In this document: positions 29,682-39,565 of the stretch, piece after piece
Numbering within the stretch: position 1 is the first letter of the stretch
Layout: every line of letters starts with the position of its first letter
NCBI GenBank assembly: GCA_040081625.1
Contig: JBEBGD010000034.1
Location: 1-49,979, forward strand
Direction of reading: 5' to 3'
Origin: Chthoniobacteraceae bacterium
GTDB lineage: Bacteria > Verrucomicrobiota > Verrucomicrobiia > Chthoniobacterales > Chthoniobacteraceae
Length of the DNA stretch: 49,979 nt
The notes under the pieces: model-generated
What the model was told of the DNA's origin: nothing
The model's input: the letters and a program-made list of their open reading frames with translations, nothing else
The model's database searches: none
Program-made: the position numbers and the translations under genes

Positions 29682-30452
29682 TTAGAAGTCGAACCCGACA
29701 ATCATCCGGGTCTGAAAATCCGACTCTCCCTCAAGATGAGTGGTCTGCCAGAGCCACGCGAGCGTGGCGAAGTAACGTCCGTGGCGATACGAGACATTCG
29801 GGCCGACGTAGAAAACGGCGGGTTCGGTGTTTTCCCAATCCGGCATCTCGATGACGTGCCGGGCTTCCACCCCGACGGAGACGCTCTTAGACAGGTCGTA
29901 ACTCACGCCGAAGGTCTGGATGAATTCGCCGGTCTCGTCGTGGTATTCTCCGCCTTCCCATTCCGCTTCGAGGATGGCGTTATAGACGATGCCGAGCCGC
30001 CCAAATCGCTTTTCCAGGAGCAGCTTGAACTCGGTCTTGATCAGGTCTTCGCCGACGAGAAACTCGCCGTAAAGCGCACTGCCGATGAGATCGGTATTCG
30101 GGTTGGTCAGGTTGTAGATGAGATCGAAGCCCGATTTCTGGAAGCGAAACTCGTGGCCCTCGGAGTCGTCCTCGTCGTATTGCCAATCGGCGACGTAGAT
30201 TCCGAGTTGGAGCCGCTCGGTCAGGCCGAACTCGAACTCGTGCCGGAACTCCCATCGGTCCCGATCGTCGCCACCCTGGATGTCGCGATGTCTCCATGTG
30301 ACCCACTGCTCATACTCCTTCGAGCCCTTCGGGGCGGTCAGAGTTTCGTAGCTATAGACGTAGCGGCGCTGGCCGGCTTCTGCGGTTGGTTGGGCGAGGA
30401 AGGCGAGGGCTGCAGTGGCGATGATTGCGGACTTGATGGTCGGATATTTCAC
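29682..30452 (-). CDS. Predicted outer-membrane beta-barrel protein (DUF6662-like, tentative)
   Basis: GTG start, signal peptide (AEA), alternating amphipathic strands and a C-terminal GFDF BAM-type signal. Confidence 0.75.
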   Translation of the reverse strand: MKYPTIKSAIIATAALAFLAQPTAEAGQRRYVYSYETLTAPKGSKEYEQWVTWRHRDIQGGDDRDRWEFRHEFEFGLTERLQLGIYVADWQYDEDDSEGHEFRFQKSGFDLIYNLTNPNTDLIGSALYGEFLVGEDLIKTEFKLLLEKRFGRLGIVYNAILEAEWEGGEYHDETGEFIQTFGVSYDLSKSVSVGVEARHVIEMPDWENTEPAVFYVGPNVSYRHGRYFATLAWLWQTTHLEGESDFQTRMIVGFDF

Positions 30453-30491
30453 GGGTCGGGGTTGAGTGTTGAGTTGGATTAAGCCCTCTAT

Positions 30492-30523
30492 TGAGAACCA
30501 ATCTCTGTCGAGAACGAGTCGCA
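30492..30523. promoter_or_regulatory. Tandem Fur-family-like 7-1-7 boxes
   Basis: TGAGAAC-C-AATCTCT (30492-30506) and CGAGAAC-G-AGTCGCA (30509-30523) match TGAGAAT-N-ATTCTCA at 11/14 and 10/14. Confidence 0.55.
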
Positions 30524-30662
30524 TTTAATGCGCCGATCCACGCCTGCAAGTGGAATTTTTCGCACTTCTCGCCGGCTGATTTCGCCGACACACGCCCCGC
30601 CCCGCCCTCGCCCTACCAGCTCTCGCCAGCCCTTCACGGATCAAAACCCCGTGGCCGCAAAA

Positions 30663-31889
30663 CTACCTCCGGCTCAGCCGATGAAACAGCCATCCTCCCA
30701 GCGCCACGAAGATCACATTCGGCGCGAAAATCAGCAACTCGGGATGCCACTCCGGCTTGTTCTTGAGCCAGTCGATCACGATCACCAGGAAGAAATACGC
30801 GAAGGCGATCCCGAGGCTGAGCATGAAGCCGATCGATGTCTCGCGCCGGTGGGCCGTGATCGCCAGCGGCACAGCGAAGAGCGCGAACGCGAACGGCGCG
30901 ATCGCGATCGCGAACCGCTTGCTCACCTCCACCTTCGCCGCGGACGAACCCGCGACGACGGGATCCTGCAGAAGCTCCTGGATCGTCATCGCGCTCGGGC
31001 CGCGCTTCTTTTTATTCTTCTCGTAGAGATCCTGAAGCGGGATCTCGATCGGCGTCCTCTGCATCGTGATCCCCTGGTTGATCTTTGCCACGTCGCGCGG
31101 CGCCTCTTCATCGCGCTGCTCGTAGCGCGCGTCGTAGAGCGTCATCATCACCTTCTTCGAATCGCGGTCCGTCAGCAGTTCGCCCTTGCGCGCGTGCATG
31201 ATGCTCCGGGGTAGAAACTCATCGGTCAGCTCATAGACGAGCAGATTGAAAAGCAGCACGCCCGACTCGGTGGGCTCGCCGCTCGCCTTCGCCCCGGCGA
31301 TGCGCGCCGCGCGCTCCTCCGGGGTCTCCTTGCGACCGACGTAAATCTTCCGGCCAGGAAACTCGTCGATGACCTTGTCGCTCGAAAAAAGCGCGAGCGG
31401 ATTCGAGGTCGCGATGTTGAAGAACGCCTCCTGCATCCGCTTCTGCGCGCGCGGCGCGACATCGACATTGATCCACAGACACACACAAACCGACGCCAGC
31501 GAGAGCGCAAAGACAGGCATCGCCACGCGCGGCACGCTCACGCCGCTCGATCGCAGAGCGATCAATTCGTTCTCCGCCGAGAGCCTGCCAAAGACGAGCA
31601 GCACCGCGGTGAGGAATCCCCACGGAATCGTGAACGTGAGCGAGAACGGAAGGATGTAGGCGAGCAGGCTCAAGATCAGCTCCGCAGGCACATCGTGGCT
31701 GACAAGCAGCTCGGAGAGCTTCTTGAATACATTACCGAGCACCAGCACCACCGAGAGCACTGCCACGCCGAAAATCGCCGCCAGCAGCACCTGCCGCCCG
31801 ACGTAGCGATCGATCAATTTGAGCTGCCGCCAGATCGCGAACGCGACGCCGGCCGCTGCGAGCGCGGCGATGATGAGGAAGAAATCCAT
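30663..31889 (-). CDS. LptF/LptG family LPS export permease
   Basis: LIDRYV, FGRLSAENELIALRSSGVS, a periplasmic jellyroll region and a C-terminal APNV motif. Confidence 0.88.
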   Translation of the reverse strand: MDFFLIIAALAAAGVAFAIWRQLKLIDRYVGRQVLLAAIFGVAVLSVVLVLGNVFKKLSELLVSHDVPAELILSLLAYILPFSLTFTIPWGFLTAVLLVFGRLSAENELIALRSSGVSVPRVAMPVFALSLASVCVCLWINVDVAPRAQKRMQEAFFNIATSNPLALFSSDKVIDEFPGRKIYVGRKETPEERAARIAGAKASGEPTESGVLLFNLLVYELTDEFLPRSIMHARKGELLTDRDSKKVMMTLYDARYEQRDEEAPRDVAKINQGITMQRTPIEIPLQDLYEKNKKKRGPSAMTIQELLQDPVVAGSSAAKVEVSKRFAIAIAPFAFALFAVPLAITAHRRETSIGFMLSLGIAFAYFFLVIVIDWLKNKPEWHPELLIFAPNVIFVALGGWLFHRLSRR

Positions 31890-31974
31890 TTGGAAGGACG
31901 CCGATAGTGCGCCGCCAGCGCGCGCACGCAAGCCCGCTAAGAACCGCGTGCCGCTCCGGTCATCCCCGCACCGC

Positions 31975-33201
31975 ATGAAAACTCCCCTCATTCTCCTCGC
32001 GCTCGCCGCCTCCGTTTTGGCGCAGCAGACGCCTTCACAAAAGCAGGACACCACGCTCGCCCCGCCAAAGGGCCTCAAGACGAAGCTCGCTCCCGCCTAC
32101 ACCATCCCCACCATCGACCTCGCCGCCGAGACGCAGCGGCAGGTGATCGTGGATCGCGAGCCGGGGCAGTATCTCGGCCACCCGACGACCGTCCTGCTCG
32201 AAGACGGAAAGACGATGCTCACCGTCTATCCGAAAGGTCACGGTCGCGGCGCGATCGTTTACAAACGCAGCACCGACGGCGGCAAGACGTGGAGCGAGCG
32301 GCTCCCGACGCCGAAGTCTTGGGAGACTTCGCTCGAAGTTCCGACTCTGCACCGCGTCGTCGATGCGCAGGGGAAGAAGCGCATCATCATGTTCAGCGGC
32401 CTTTATCCCATCCGCATGGCTGTGACCGAAGACGATGGCGCGACGTGGAGCGAGCTGAAGTCGATCGGGAATTTCGGCGGCGTGGTAACGATGTCCTCCG
32501 TCGTGAAACTCAAGCAACCCGGCCACTACATGGCGCTCTTCCATGACGACGGACGCTTCATCATCGGCGGCGACCAGGCGAAATACACCGTCAAGGGACC
32601 GCACAGCGACCACACCTCGCCAGCCGCGAAGCCTTACCGCTTCTACGTCTATCAAACCCGCAGCACCGACGGCGGCCTCACGTGGAGCGTGCCCGTGCCG
32701 ATCGCAATGCTACCCGATGCGAGCCTCTGCGAACCCGGCGCCGTGCGTTCTCCCGATGGCAATGAGATCGCCGTTCTGCTTCGGGAAAACAGCCGCAAAT
32801 ACAACAGCTTCCTCATCACGACCAAGGACGAGGGCCTCACATGGAGCGAGCCGAAGGAACTGCCCGCCGCCTTGACCGGCGACCGCCACACCGCCGTTTA
32901 TGCGCCCGATGGCCGCCTCTTCATCAGCTTCCGCGACACCACGCACGTGAGCCCCACGAAAGGCGACTGGGTCGCGTGGGTCGGCAAATACGACGACATC
33001 ATCGCCGGCCGCGAAGGCCAGTATCGCGTGCGGCTCATGGACAACACCAAGGGCGCCGACTGCACATATCCCGGCGTCGAGTTGCTGCCCGACGGCACGA
33101 TCGTCACGACCACCTACGGACACTGGACGGAAGGCGAACAGGCCTACGTCGTGAGCGTGCGCCTCAAGCTCGAGGAACTCGACGCCAAGGCGCGCAAGTA
33201 G
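31975..33201 (+). CDS. Secreted sialidase/BNR-repeat beta-propeller protein
   Basis: Signal peptide and Asp-boxes STDGGKTW, TEDDGATW, STDGGLTW and TKDEGLTW. Confidence 0.85.
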   Translation: MKTPLILLALAASVLAQQTPSQKQDTTLAPPKGLKTKLAPAYTIPTIDLAAETQRQVIVDREPGQYLGHPTTVLLEDGKTMLTVYPKGHGRGAIVYKRSTDGGKTWSERLPTPKSWETSLEVPTLHRVVDAQGKKRIIMFSGLYPIRMAVTEDDGATWSELKSIGNFGGVVTMSSVVKLKQPGHYMALFHDDGRFIIGGDQAKYTVKGPHSDHTSPAAKPYRFYVYQTRSTDGGLTWSVPVPIAMLPDASLCEPGAVRSPDGNEIAVLLRENSRKYNSFLITTKDEGLTWSEPKELPAALTGDRHTAVYAPDGRLFISFRDTTHVSPTKGDWVAWVGKYDDIIAGREGQYRVRLMDNTKGADCTYPGVELLPDGTIVTTTYGHWTEGEQAYVVSVRLKLEELDAKARK

Positions 33202-33204
33202 TCG

Positions 33205-34803
33205 CTACCACGACTGCGTGCGCGTGCGCGTGCCGCACACGTTCACCTTCATCCCGAGCGCGCGCGCAAACGCCGCCTTCGCGAACAAACAGTCGTCCGC
33301 GCTCTTCGCATCACGCGCGTAGGCGACCTGGATGTGATTCGCCTGGTGCTTCGCCATGAGCTGATCGCGGCTCACGCCGTAAGTCACCGCGTGCATGATC
33401 GGCCACTGCGGCGTCGTGAGCTGCCAGCGCCGCTCCGTCTCCTCGCGCGGCAGCTTCACGACCCCGGCGCGGCCGATGTCCATGTGCAGCGCCTCATCCT
33501 GCACGAAGATGCGCGACCACACGATCTCGCCCGGCTTGCTGATACCGCGCAGCGTCGAGCCGCCATTCGGAAAATACATCGCAGGCTGCCTCATCCCTTC
33601 CGCGCCTTTCCACCCGCCGATGAAATGCGCCGGCGGCGCCGCGCCGCTGATGAGAAAAACCCACACATATTCCCCGCCGAATTCCGCGCCCCATCGCACG
33701 TCGTGCAGCGTCGTCTCCGGCGGCTGACCGAGCGCGGCGTGAACGCGATTCGTCATCAGCGCGTCGAGCCCGGCGCATTCATCGACCTCGTTGAAATGCG
33801 GCAGCGCGTTCACGCGGAAAAGCACGCGCTTCCCATCGCGCGAGCGCACCGGCGGACGATCCGTGTTGTTCAGCGTCCCCTCCACGAGATCGCTCGCCGG
33901 CAGCAGATCCTTCAGCCCCTGTTGATACTGGATGCCGATCGCGTCGCAGCCGAAGTCATCGGCGAGCCGCACCGCGGCGACATACATTTTGCACTGCCAG
34001 ATGATCTGCTCCTCGGTCAGTTCGCTCTCGTGTTGCGAGCCGGTGTAAAACTTCATCCCCTTCCGCCGCATCCAGTCGAACACGCCGCGCGCCTCCGCGT
34101 CGCTCACCTGCCGCGTCTCGTGATAAAGCGCCGACTGGCTCAGCCGCTCCTTGAACACGCCGCACGCGTGCAGCAGCGCGTCGGGGATGATCGCGTTGAA
34201 CATGCCCATGCAGCCTTCATCGAAGACGCCCATGATCGCCTTGTCGCGCCGCAACTCCGCCGCGAGCCGCTCGCCGAGTTCGCGCGAAGTGGCGGGAATC
34301 CGCGGCGTGCGCGCGTGGCTGAGATCATGCACGACCTTCCCCGTGCGCAGCCACTCGCGCAGCTTCGTGCGGAAAAAGTCGTCGGTGAAATCCTCGCTCC
34401 ACAACGTCGAGTAGCGGACGCCCTGTTTCGTCAGCGAGCCGTTGAGATTCAGCATCCCGACGAGCCCGGGCCACTGTCCACTCCAGTTCGCGACCGTGAG
34501 GATCGGCCCGCGATGCGTCGTGAGCCCCGCGAGCACGTGATGCGAGTATTGCCACACCGCTTCCGCGACGATGAGCGGCTCGTCGGGATCGATGCCGCGA
34601 AAAACTTCGATGCCTTCGCGCTGGCTCGCGATGAAGCCGTGCTTCGCCTTCGTGCTGTAGCGATGTGCGCGCACGAGCGAAAATCCCTCGGCGGAAATCG
34701 CCGCGCCGAGCGCCTTCTCCATCGCCGCCTGCGCGGGCCAGCAGACTTGGTTTGCGGAAAGTCGAAGATCGCCGCTGGCGACGAGTTGGATGGTCTTAGT
34801 CAT
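33205..34803 (-). CDS. L-fucose/L-arabinose isomerase-like protein
   Basis: Resembles the FucI superfamily ([13 protein letters not shown]). It overlaps the sugar kinase gene. Substrate unknown. Confidence 0.7.
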   Translation of the reverse strand: MTKTIQLVASGDLRLSANQVCWPAQAAMEKALGAAISAEGFSLVRAHRYSTKAKHGFIASQREGIEVFRGIDPDEPLIVAEAVWQYSHHVLAGLTTHRGPILTVANWSGQWPGLVGMLNLNGSLTKQGVRYSTLWSEDFTDDFFRTKLREWLRTGKVVHDLSHARTPRIPATSRELGERLAAELRRDKAIMGVFDEGCMGMFNAIIPDALLHACGVFKERLSQSALYHETRQVSDAEARGVFDWMRRKGMKFYTGSQHESELTEEQIIWQCKMYVAAVRLADDFGCDAIGIQYQQGLKDLLPASDLVEGTLNNTDRPPVRSRDGKRVLFRVNALPHFNEVDECAGLDALMTNRVHAALGQPPETTLHDVRWGAEFGGEYVWVFLISGAAPPAHFIGGWKGAEGMRQPAMYFPNGGSTLRGISKPGEIVWSRIFVQDEALHMDIGRAGVVKLPREETERRWQLTTPQWPIMHAVTYGVSRDQLMAKHQANHIQVAYARDAKSADDCLFAKAAFARALGMKVNVCGTRTRTQSW

Positions 34804-36373
34804 GGAGCAAATCGGTGAGGCGCCGGTAGTCGGCATACACGGCTTGATACGCACGCGCAGCGGGACGGCTCGGAGAAATCATGCGCGGCTTCGCGCGGCC
34901 GGCCATCGCGCGGATCGCCGAAGTCGCATCGCTGAACGCCCCAGTCGCAAGCGCGCCGAGGATCGCCGCGCCGAGCGCCGGGCCTTGTTTCGACGGCGGC
35001 AGTGCGATCTTTTCGCCGAGCACGTCGGCGCAAATCTGGAGAAAGAGCGGGCTGTGATGCGGCAGGCCGCCCGTCGCCACGAATCGCCGCACCGGCACGC
35101 CGCCCTCGCGCAGCGTGTCCACGATCCAGCGCAGCCCGCACGCACTCGCCTCGAGCGCGGCGCGGAAGACGTGCGCGGAGTCGTGATTCAAAGTGAGCCC
35201 GGTGAACGCGCCGCTAAGCGAGCCATCCATCAGCGGCGTGCGGCAGCCGTTGAACCAATCCACGCACCGCACGCCATCCGCGCCCGGCGCGACTGCGGTA
35301 GCACGCGCGGAGATCTCCGCGAAGCGCGCGCCGAGCAGTCGCCGCGTCCACTCGAACGCATCGCCGACCGCCGCCTGCCCCGTCTCGTAGCCGTAGTAGC
35401 CGGGAAGGATTCCATCGCGCACGATGCCCGCCACGCCCGGCACGGCGCGGTTCACGGCCGAGTTGAGCATGTGGCAACTGCTCGTCCCCATCACCATCAC
35501 CAGCGTGTCCGGCTCCGCTGCGCCCGCGCCCGGCACGCCGGCGTGCGCGTCGATGATCGCCGTGCTGACCGGCACCCCTTCGCGAAGGCCGAGCTTGCGC
35601 GCCATCGCCGCCGAGAGCGTGCCCGCCGCTTCGCCCGGCGCGAGGAAGCGCCCCGGCATTTTTTCCGCGACGACGTTTTCCATCCGCGGATGCAACGCGC
35701 GGAAAAAGTCGCGCGACGGAAAACCGTCCTCGCGACTCCACAGGCCCTTGTAGCCGGCCTGGCAGGTCGAGCGCACGAGCGCGCCGGTGAGTTGCCACAC
35801 GAACCAATCGCCCGCCTCGATCCACACCTCCGCCGCGTCGAATACACGCGGCGCGCGTTCGAGCGTCTCGAGCATTTTCGGAAAGAACCATTCGAGCCCC
35901 ACGATCCCGCCATAGCGCGCCAGCCACGGCTCCGAGCGTTCGCGGGCGAGCGCATTCAGCCGGTCGGTCTGAGCCTTCGCGCCGTGATGTTTCCACAGCT
36001 TCGGCCACGCGTATTTCTCGCCGCGCCACTTTTCCGTGCAGCAGAGCGGCGTGCCGTCGGCGAGCGCGGGCAGCATGGTGCAACTCGTGAAATCGACACC
36101 GATGCCGATGATCTCGCCCGCTTCAGAGCCACTCTCGCGCATCGCGGCGCGCACCGCTTTCGCGGCGGAGTCGAGCCAGTCCTGCGGATGCTGGAAGACG
36201 AAGTCAGCCGGAAGCTTTTCGCCCGTCCCGGGCAGTGTGCTGGTGATTTGTCCGTGCCGGTATTTCGCCGCAGCCGAGCCGCGCTCGCGCCCGCGCAGAT
36301 CGACGAGCAGCGCGCGCACGCTCTCGGTGCCGAAGTCGAGGCCGAGGCTGAGGTGCGAAGCTGGATGACGCAT
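34796..36373 (-). CDS. araB: Ribulokinase (FGGY family)
   Basis: [39 protein letters not shown] and DWFNGCRTP. Confidence 0.85.
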   Translation of the reverse strand: MRHPASHLSLGLDFGTESVRALLVDLRGRERGSAAAKYRHGQITSTLPGTGEKLPADFVFQHPQDWLDSAAKAVRAAMRESGSEAGEIIGIGVDFTSCTMLPALADGTPLCCTEKWRGEKYAWPKLWKHHGAKAQTDRLNALARERSEPWLARYGGIVGLEWFFPKMLETLERAPRVFDAAEVWIEAGDWFVWQLTGALVRSTCQAGYKGLWSREDGFPSRDFFRALHPRMENVVAEKMPGRFLAPGEAAGTLSAAMARKLGLREGVPVSTAIIDAHAGVPGAGAAEPDTLVMVMGTSSCHMLNSAVNRAVPGVAGIVRDGILPGYYGYETGQAAVGDAFEWTRRLLGARFAEISARATAVAPGADGVRCVDWFNGCRTPLMDGSLSGAFTGLTLNHDSAHVFRAALEASACGLRWIVDTLREGGVPVRRFVATGGLPHHSPLFLQICADVLGEKIALPPSKQGPALGAAILGALATGAFSDATSAIRAMAGRAKPRMISPSRPAARAYQAVYADYRRLTDLLHD

Positions 36374-36665
36374 CGATTCGTGCATAAACGATGGTCACCG
36401 CCAAAGCGGAGCACAATCTTCCCAAGTGATCGGGCCGGGATTCGACCTTGCGCAACCGCCTCTACCGGACTACCGGACGCCGAGCGGCGGACCGCGCCCG
36501 AGGCTATTGGGAAAGCCAGCCCGCGCACACCGCCGCTGACCACGGGCGGAGTTTTTCGGCGAGCCTCAATGTTTCGCCGACTCGTGAATCCGCTGCGGCC
36601 CCTCTGTCGGGCCGCGGCGCCGATCGCTCCGCCGCCACGAAAAAACAAAACAAGCAATGCAACTA

Positions 36666-37253
36666 ATGAGCGACAACCAAACGGAACGTTCGGACCGCCG
36701 CCGACGCGGCGGACGAAGCCGTTCCCGCAACCGCGACAACCGTGATAATCGGGACAACCGCAGCGAAGCGCCTCGTGCCCCAAAGAAACAAAGCCTCTGG
36801 CAGAAGATCGTCTCGTTCTTCAGCCCGAAAGCCAAACCCGCCCCGGCCCGGCAATACCCGGCCTACGAGCCGCGCCAGAACAGCGGCGGTAGCCCGCGCA
36901 ACGAGGAGCCCCGCGCTCCCCGCCCCCCGCGCGAGCCGCGTGAACAGCGTGAGCCGCGTGAACAGCGCGAGCCGCACAAGCCCGAAGACATCGAAGTCAC
37001 CTCGCCGAAACTCTACATCGGCAACTTGAGCTTCGATACGGCGGAGAGCGACCTGTCCGAGCTCTTCAATGGCGTGGGCCAGGTGCAGAGCGCGGAGATC
37101 GTCACCCACAAGGAAACCGAGCGCTCGAAAGGCTTCGGTTTCGTGACCATGACGACCATCGACGAAGCCAAGCGCGCAGTCAGTGAACTCCACGACAAGG
37201 ATTTCATGGGCCGCAAGCTCGTCGTCAGCGGCGCAAAGACGCCCGCTCGCTAA
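36666..37253 (+). CDS. RRM RNA-binding protein with long disordered N-terminus
   Basis: RNP2 LYIGNL and RNP1 KGFGFV. The start may be 36657. Confidence 0.9.
   Translation: MSDNQTERSDRRRRGGRSRSRNRDNRDNRDNRSEAPRAPKKQSLWQKIVSFFSPKAKPAPARQYPAYEPRQNSGGSPRNEEPRAPRPPREPREQREPREQREPHKPEDIEVTSPKLYIGNLSFDTAESDLSELFNGVGQVQSAEIVTHKETERSKGFGFVTMTTIDEAKRAVSELHDKDFMGRKLVVSGAKTPAR
36930..36974 (+). repeat. 18-bp coding tandem repeat (REPREQ x2.5)
   Basis: CGCGAGCCGCGTGAACAG, CGTGAGCCGCGTGAACAG, CGCGAGCCG. Confidence 0.8.
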
Positions 37254-37276
37254 GCGCGACAAACGATAGGATTCAT

Positions 37277-37312
37277 GGAGGCTCGTGAGCGATCACGAGC
37301 CTCCTTCTTTTT
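37277..37312 (+). terminator. Rho-independent terminator
   Basis: Perfect 12-bp stem GGAGGCTCGTGA-GCGA-TCACGAGCCTCC followed by TTCTTTTT. Confidence 0.88.
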
Positions 37313-37318
37313 GCCCCA

Positions 37319-38206
37319 ATGACCGAGCCCATCTTCATCGCCGGACCCACGGCGTCGGGAAAATCCGACGTGGCCGTGGCGGTCGCCGAGCACCTCGGCG
37401 GCGAGATTGTCGGGGCCGATGCGTTCCAGGTTTATCGCGGCCTCGACTTGCTCACGGCTAAGCCGGACGCCGCGACGCTCGCGCGAGTGCCGCATCATCT
37501 GATCGGCGAAATCCCGCTGAGCGAGACATTCGACGTAGCCCTCTACCGCACGCTCGCCGAGGCGCGCATCGCAGACATCGCCTCGCGCAATCGCGTGCCG
37601 GTGATCGTCGGCGGCACGGGCCTCTACATGCGCGCGCTCACGCACGGCCTTGCGGAGCTGCCGCCTGCCGATCCGGCATTGCGCGCGCAGCTCGAAGCCC
37701 GCGCGCTCGATGATCTCGTGGCGGAACTCGACCGACTCGACCCTACTGCTCAGCTCGACCGGAAGAATCCGCGCCGAGTGCTGCGCGCGCTCGAAGTCTG
37801 CCTGCTCACCGGCAAGCCATTCTCTTCCTTCCGCGAACAAGCCCGACCCGCCCGTGCATTCCGCGGCGTGCTGCTCACCCGCGAGCGCGCCGGGCTTTAC
37901 TCGCGAATCAACCAGCGCACCGAGCAGATGTTCGCCGCGGGAGTCGTCGATGAAGTGCGCGCGGTCGGCGAAATCAGCGCGACAACCGCGCAGGCGATCG
38001 GGCTTCGAGAAATCAAAGCGCTCCTGCGCGGCGAACTCACCGAGCCGGAATCCATCGCGAGCATCCAGCAGCAAACACGCAACTACGCCCGCCGGCAGCT
38101 CACGTGGTTCCGGCGCGAGACGCATTTCACGCCGCTCCTTGTCGCTGACGGTGAATCGTCCGAAGCCATCGCGGCGCGCTTGCTCGCGAGCATATCCGCC
38201 CGGTAG
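37319..38206 (+). CDS. miaA: tRNA dimethylallyltransferase
   Basis: GPTASGKS, DAFQVYRGLDLLTAKP, VGGTGLY and YARRQLTWFR. Confidence 0.95.
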   Translation: MTEPIFIAGPTASGKSDVAVAVAEHLGGEIVGADAFQVYRGLDLLTAKPDAATLARVPHHLIGEIPLSETFDVALYRTLAEARIADIASRNRVPVIVGGTGLYMRALTHGLAELPPADPALRAQLEARALDDLVAELDRLDPTAQLDRKNPRRVLRALEVCLLTGKPFSSFREQARPARAFRGVLLTRERAGLYSRINQRTEQMFAAGVVDEVRAVGEISATTAQAIGLREIKALLRGELTEPESIASIQQQTRNYARRQLTWFRRETHFTPLLVADGESSEAIAARLLASISAR

Positions 38207-38215
38207 CGTCCGCCC

Positions 38216-39544
38216 GTGCTCAACGTCATCTGGCTCGCCTTCATCCTCGTCGCGGTGGTCGTCGGCGGCCTCGGCGGAAAGTTCGACGCGATGACCAGGG
38301 GCGTCTTCGAGACGGCGGAATCGGCGGTGATGAAGGTCGCGCTGCCGCTCGTCGGCATCATGGCGATCTGGCTCGGCGTGATGCGGCTCGCCGAGCGCTC
38401 GGGGCTCGTGACTCTTCTCGCCCGCGCGCTGCGCCCGGTGCTGCGCCGGCTCTTCCCAGATGTGCCCGCCGAGCATCCCGCGCACGGCGCCATGGTGATG
38501 AACATGGCGGCCAACATGCTCGGCCTCGGCAACGCCGCCACGCCGCTCGGCCTCCGCGCGATGACCCTGCTCGAGCAGCTCAACCCGCGCCCCGGCGTCG
38601 CGACAAATGCGATGGTCACCTTCCTCGCGATCAACACCGCGTCGATCCAGCTCGTGCCGACCACCGCCATCGCGATCCTCGCCGTCGCCGGCGCGAAGGC
38701 TCCGACCGCGATCGTGCCGACGGCCATCCTCGCGACGCTGATCGCGTGCGTCAGCGGTGTCTTCATGTCGAAGCTGCTCGCGCGGGCACCGATGTTTCGC
38801 TTCGAGCGCTACGACGCGGAATCCGCTGCCGACACGCCGACCACTCCGACCGTGGAGACGCCCGCCTTGCCGGAGCAGCCGAAGGTCCGGCCGCTCGGCG
38901 CATGGCGCGTCGCCGTGCTCGCGGCGTTCGGATTATTCTTCGCGTGGTTGTTCGTGCGATTCGCGTTCATCGCGCCGTCGGCCGATCACGCGCAGAAGCC
39001 GCTCGCACTTCGGGCGCTGCTCGCCATCGCGCTGCTCGCCGTTCCGTTTCTGCTCTCGTTCTTCCCGCTCTACGCCGCGCTGCGCGGGGTGAAGGTGTAT
39101 GAGCAATTCGTCGAGGGCGCGCGCGAGTCGTTCAACGTGGCGCTCAAGATCATCCCATATCTCGTCGGCATGCTCATCTCCGTGCGCCTGCTGCGCGAGG
39201 CGGGCGTCATCGACCTGCTCACGCGCTGGCTTTCGCCCGCGCTGGCGTGGCTGAAGTTTCCCGCCGAGCTGCTCCCGATGGTGCTGATGCGTCCGCTCAG
39301 CGGCAGCGGCACGCAGGGGCTTTTCGTCGAACTGGTCAATCGCCCCGAACTCGGTGCCGACTCGCTCATCGCGCGCATGGCCGGCACCATCTACGGCTCG
39401 ACCGAGACGACCTTCTACGTGCTCGCGGTCTATTTCGGCAGCGTCGCGATCCGCAAGACGCGCCACGCCATCATCGCCGGCCTCACCGCGGATACCGTGG
39501 CGGTCATCGCCTCCGTGACGCTGTGCCGGTTGGTGTTTGCGTGA
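38216..39544 (+). CDS. SpmA-SpmB fusion (nucleoside recognition/gate domain membrane protein)
   Basis: NMLGLGNAATPLGL (SpmA part); MRPLSGSG and STETTFYVLAVYFG (SpmB part). Confidence 0.88.
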   Translation: MLNVIWLAFILVAVVVGGLGGKFDAMTRGVFETAESAVMKVALPLVGIMAIWLGVMRLAERSGLVTLLARALRPVLRRLFPDVPAEHPAHGAMVMNMAANMLGLGNAATPLGLRAMTLLEQLNPRPGVATNAMVTFLAINTASIQLVPTTAIAILAVAGAKAPTAIVPTAILATLIACVSGVFMSKLLARAPMFRFERYDAESAADTPTTPTVETPALPEQPKVRPLGAWRVAVLAAFGLFFAWLFVRFAFIAPSADHAQKPLALRALLAIALLAVPFLLSFFPLYAALRGVKVYEQFVEGARESFNVALKIIPYLVGMLISVRLLREAGVIDLLTRWLSPALAWLKFPAELLPMVLMRPLSGSGTQGLFVELVNRPELGADSLIARMAGTIYGSTETTFYVLAVYFGSVAIRKTRHAIIAGLTADTVAVIASVTLCRLVFA

Positions 39545-39565
39545 GGAGCGACATTCGTCGCGATG

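Noticed and set aside
28797..30482. 561-aa plus-strand ORF
   Set aside because: Antisense to three plausible minus-strand genes and not protein-family-like.
38216..39544. Spore maturation genes as evidence of sporulation
   Set aside because: SpmA/SpmB-type proteins are widespread in non-sporulating bacteria, and no other sporulation genes are present.
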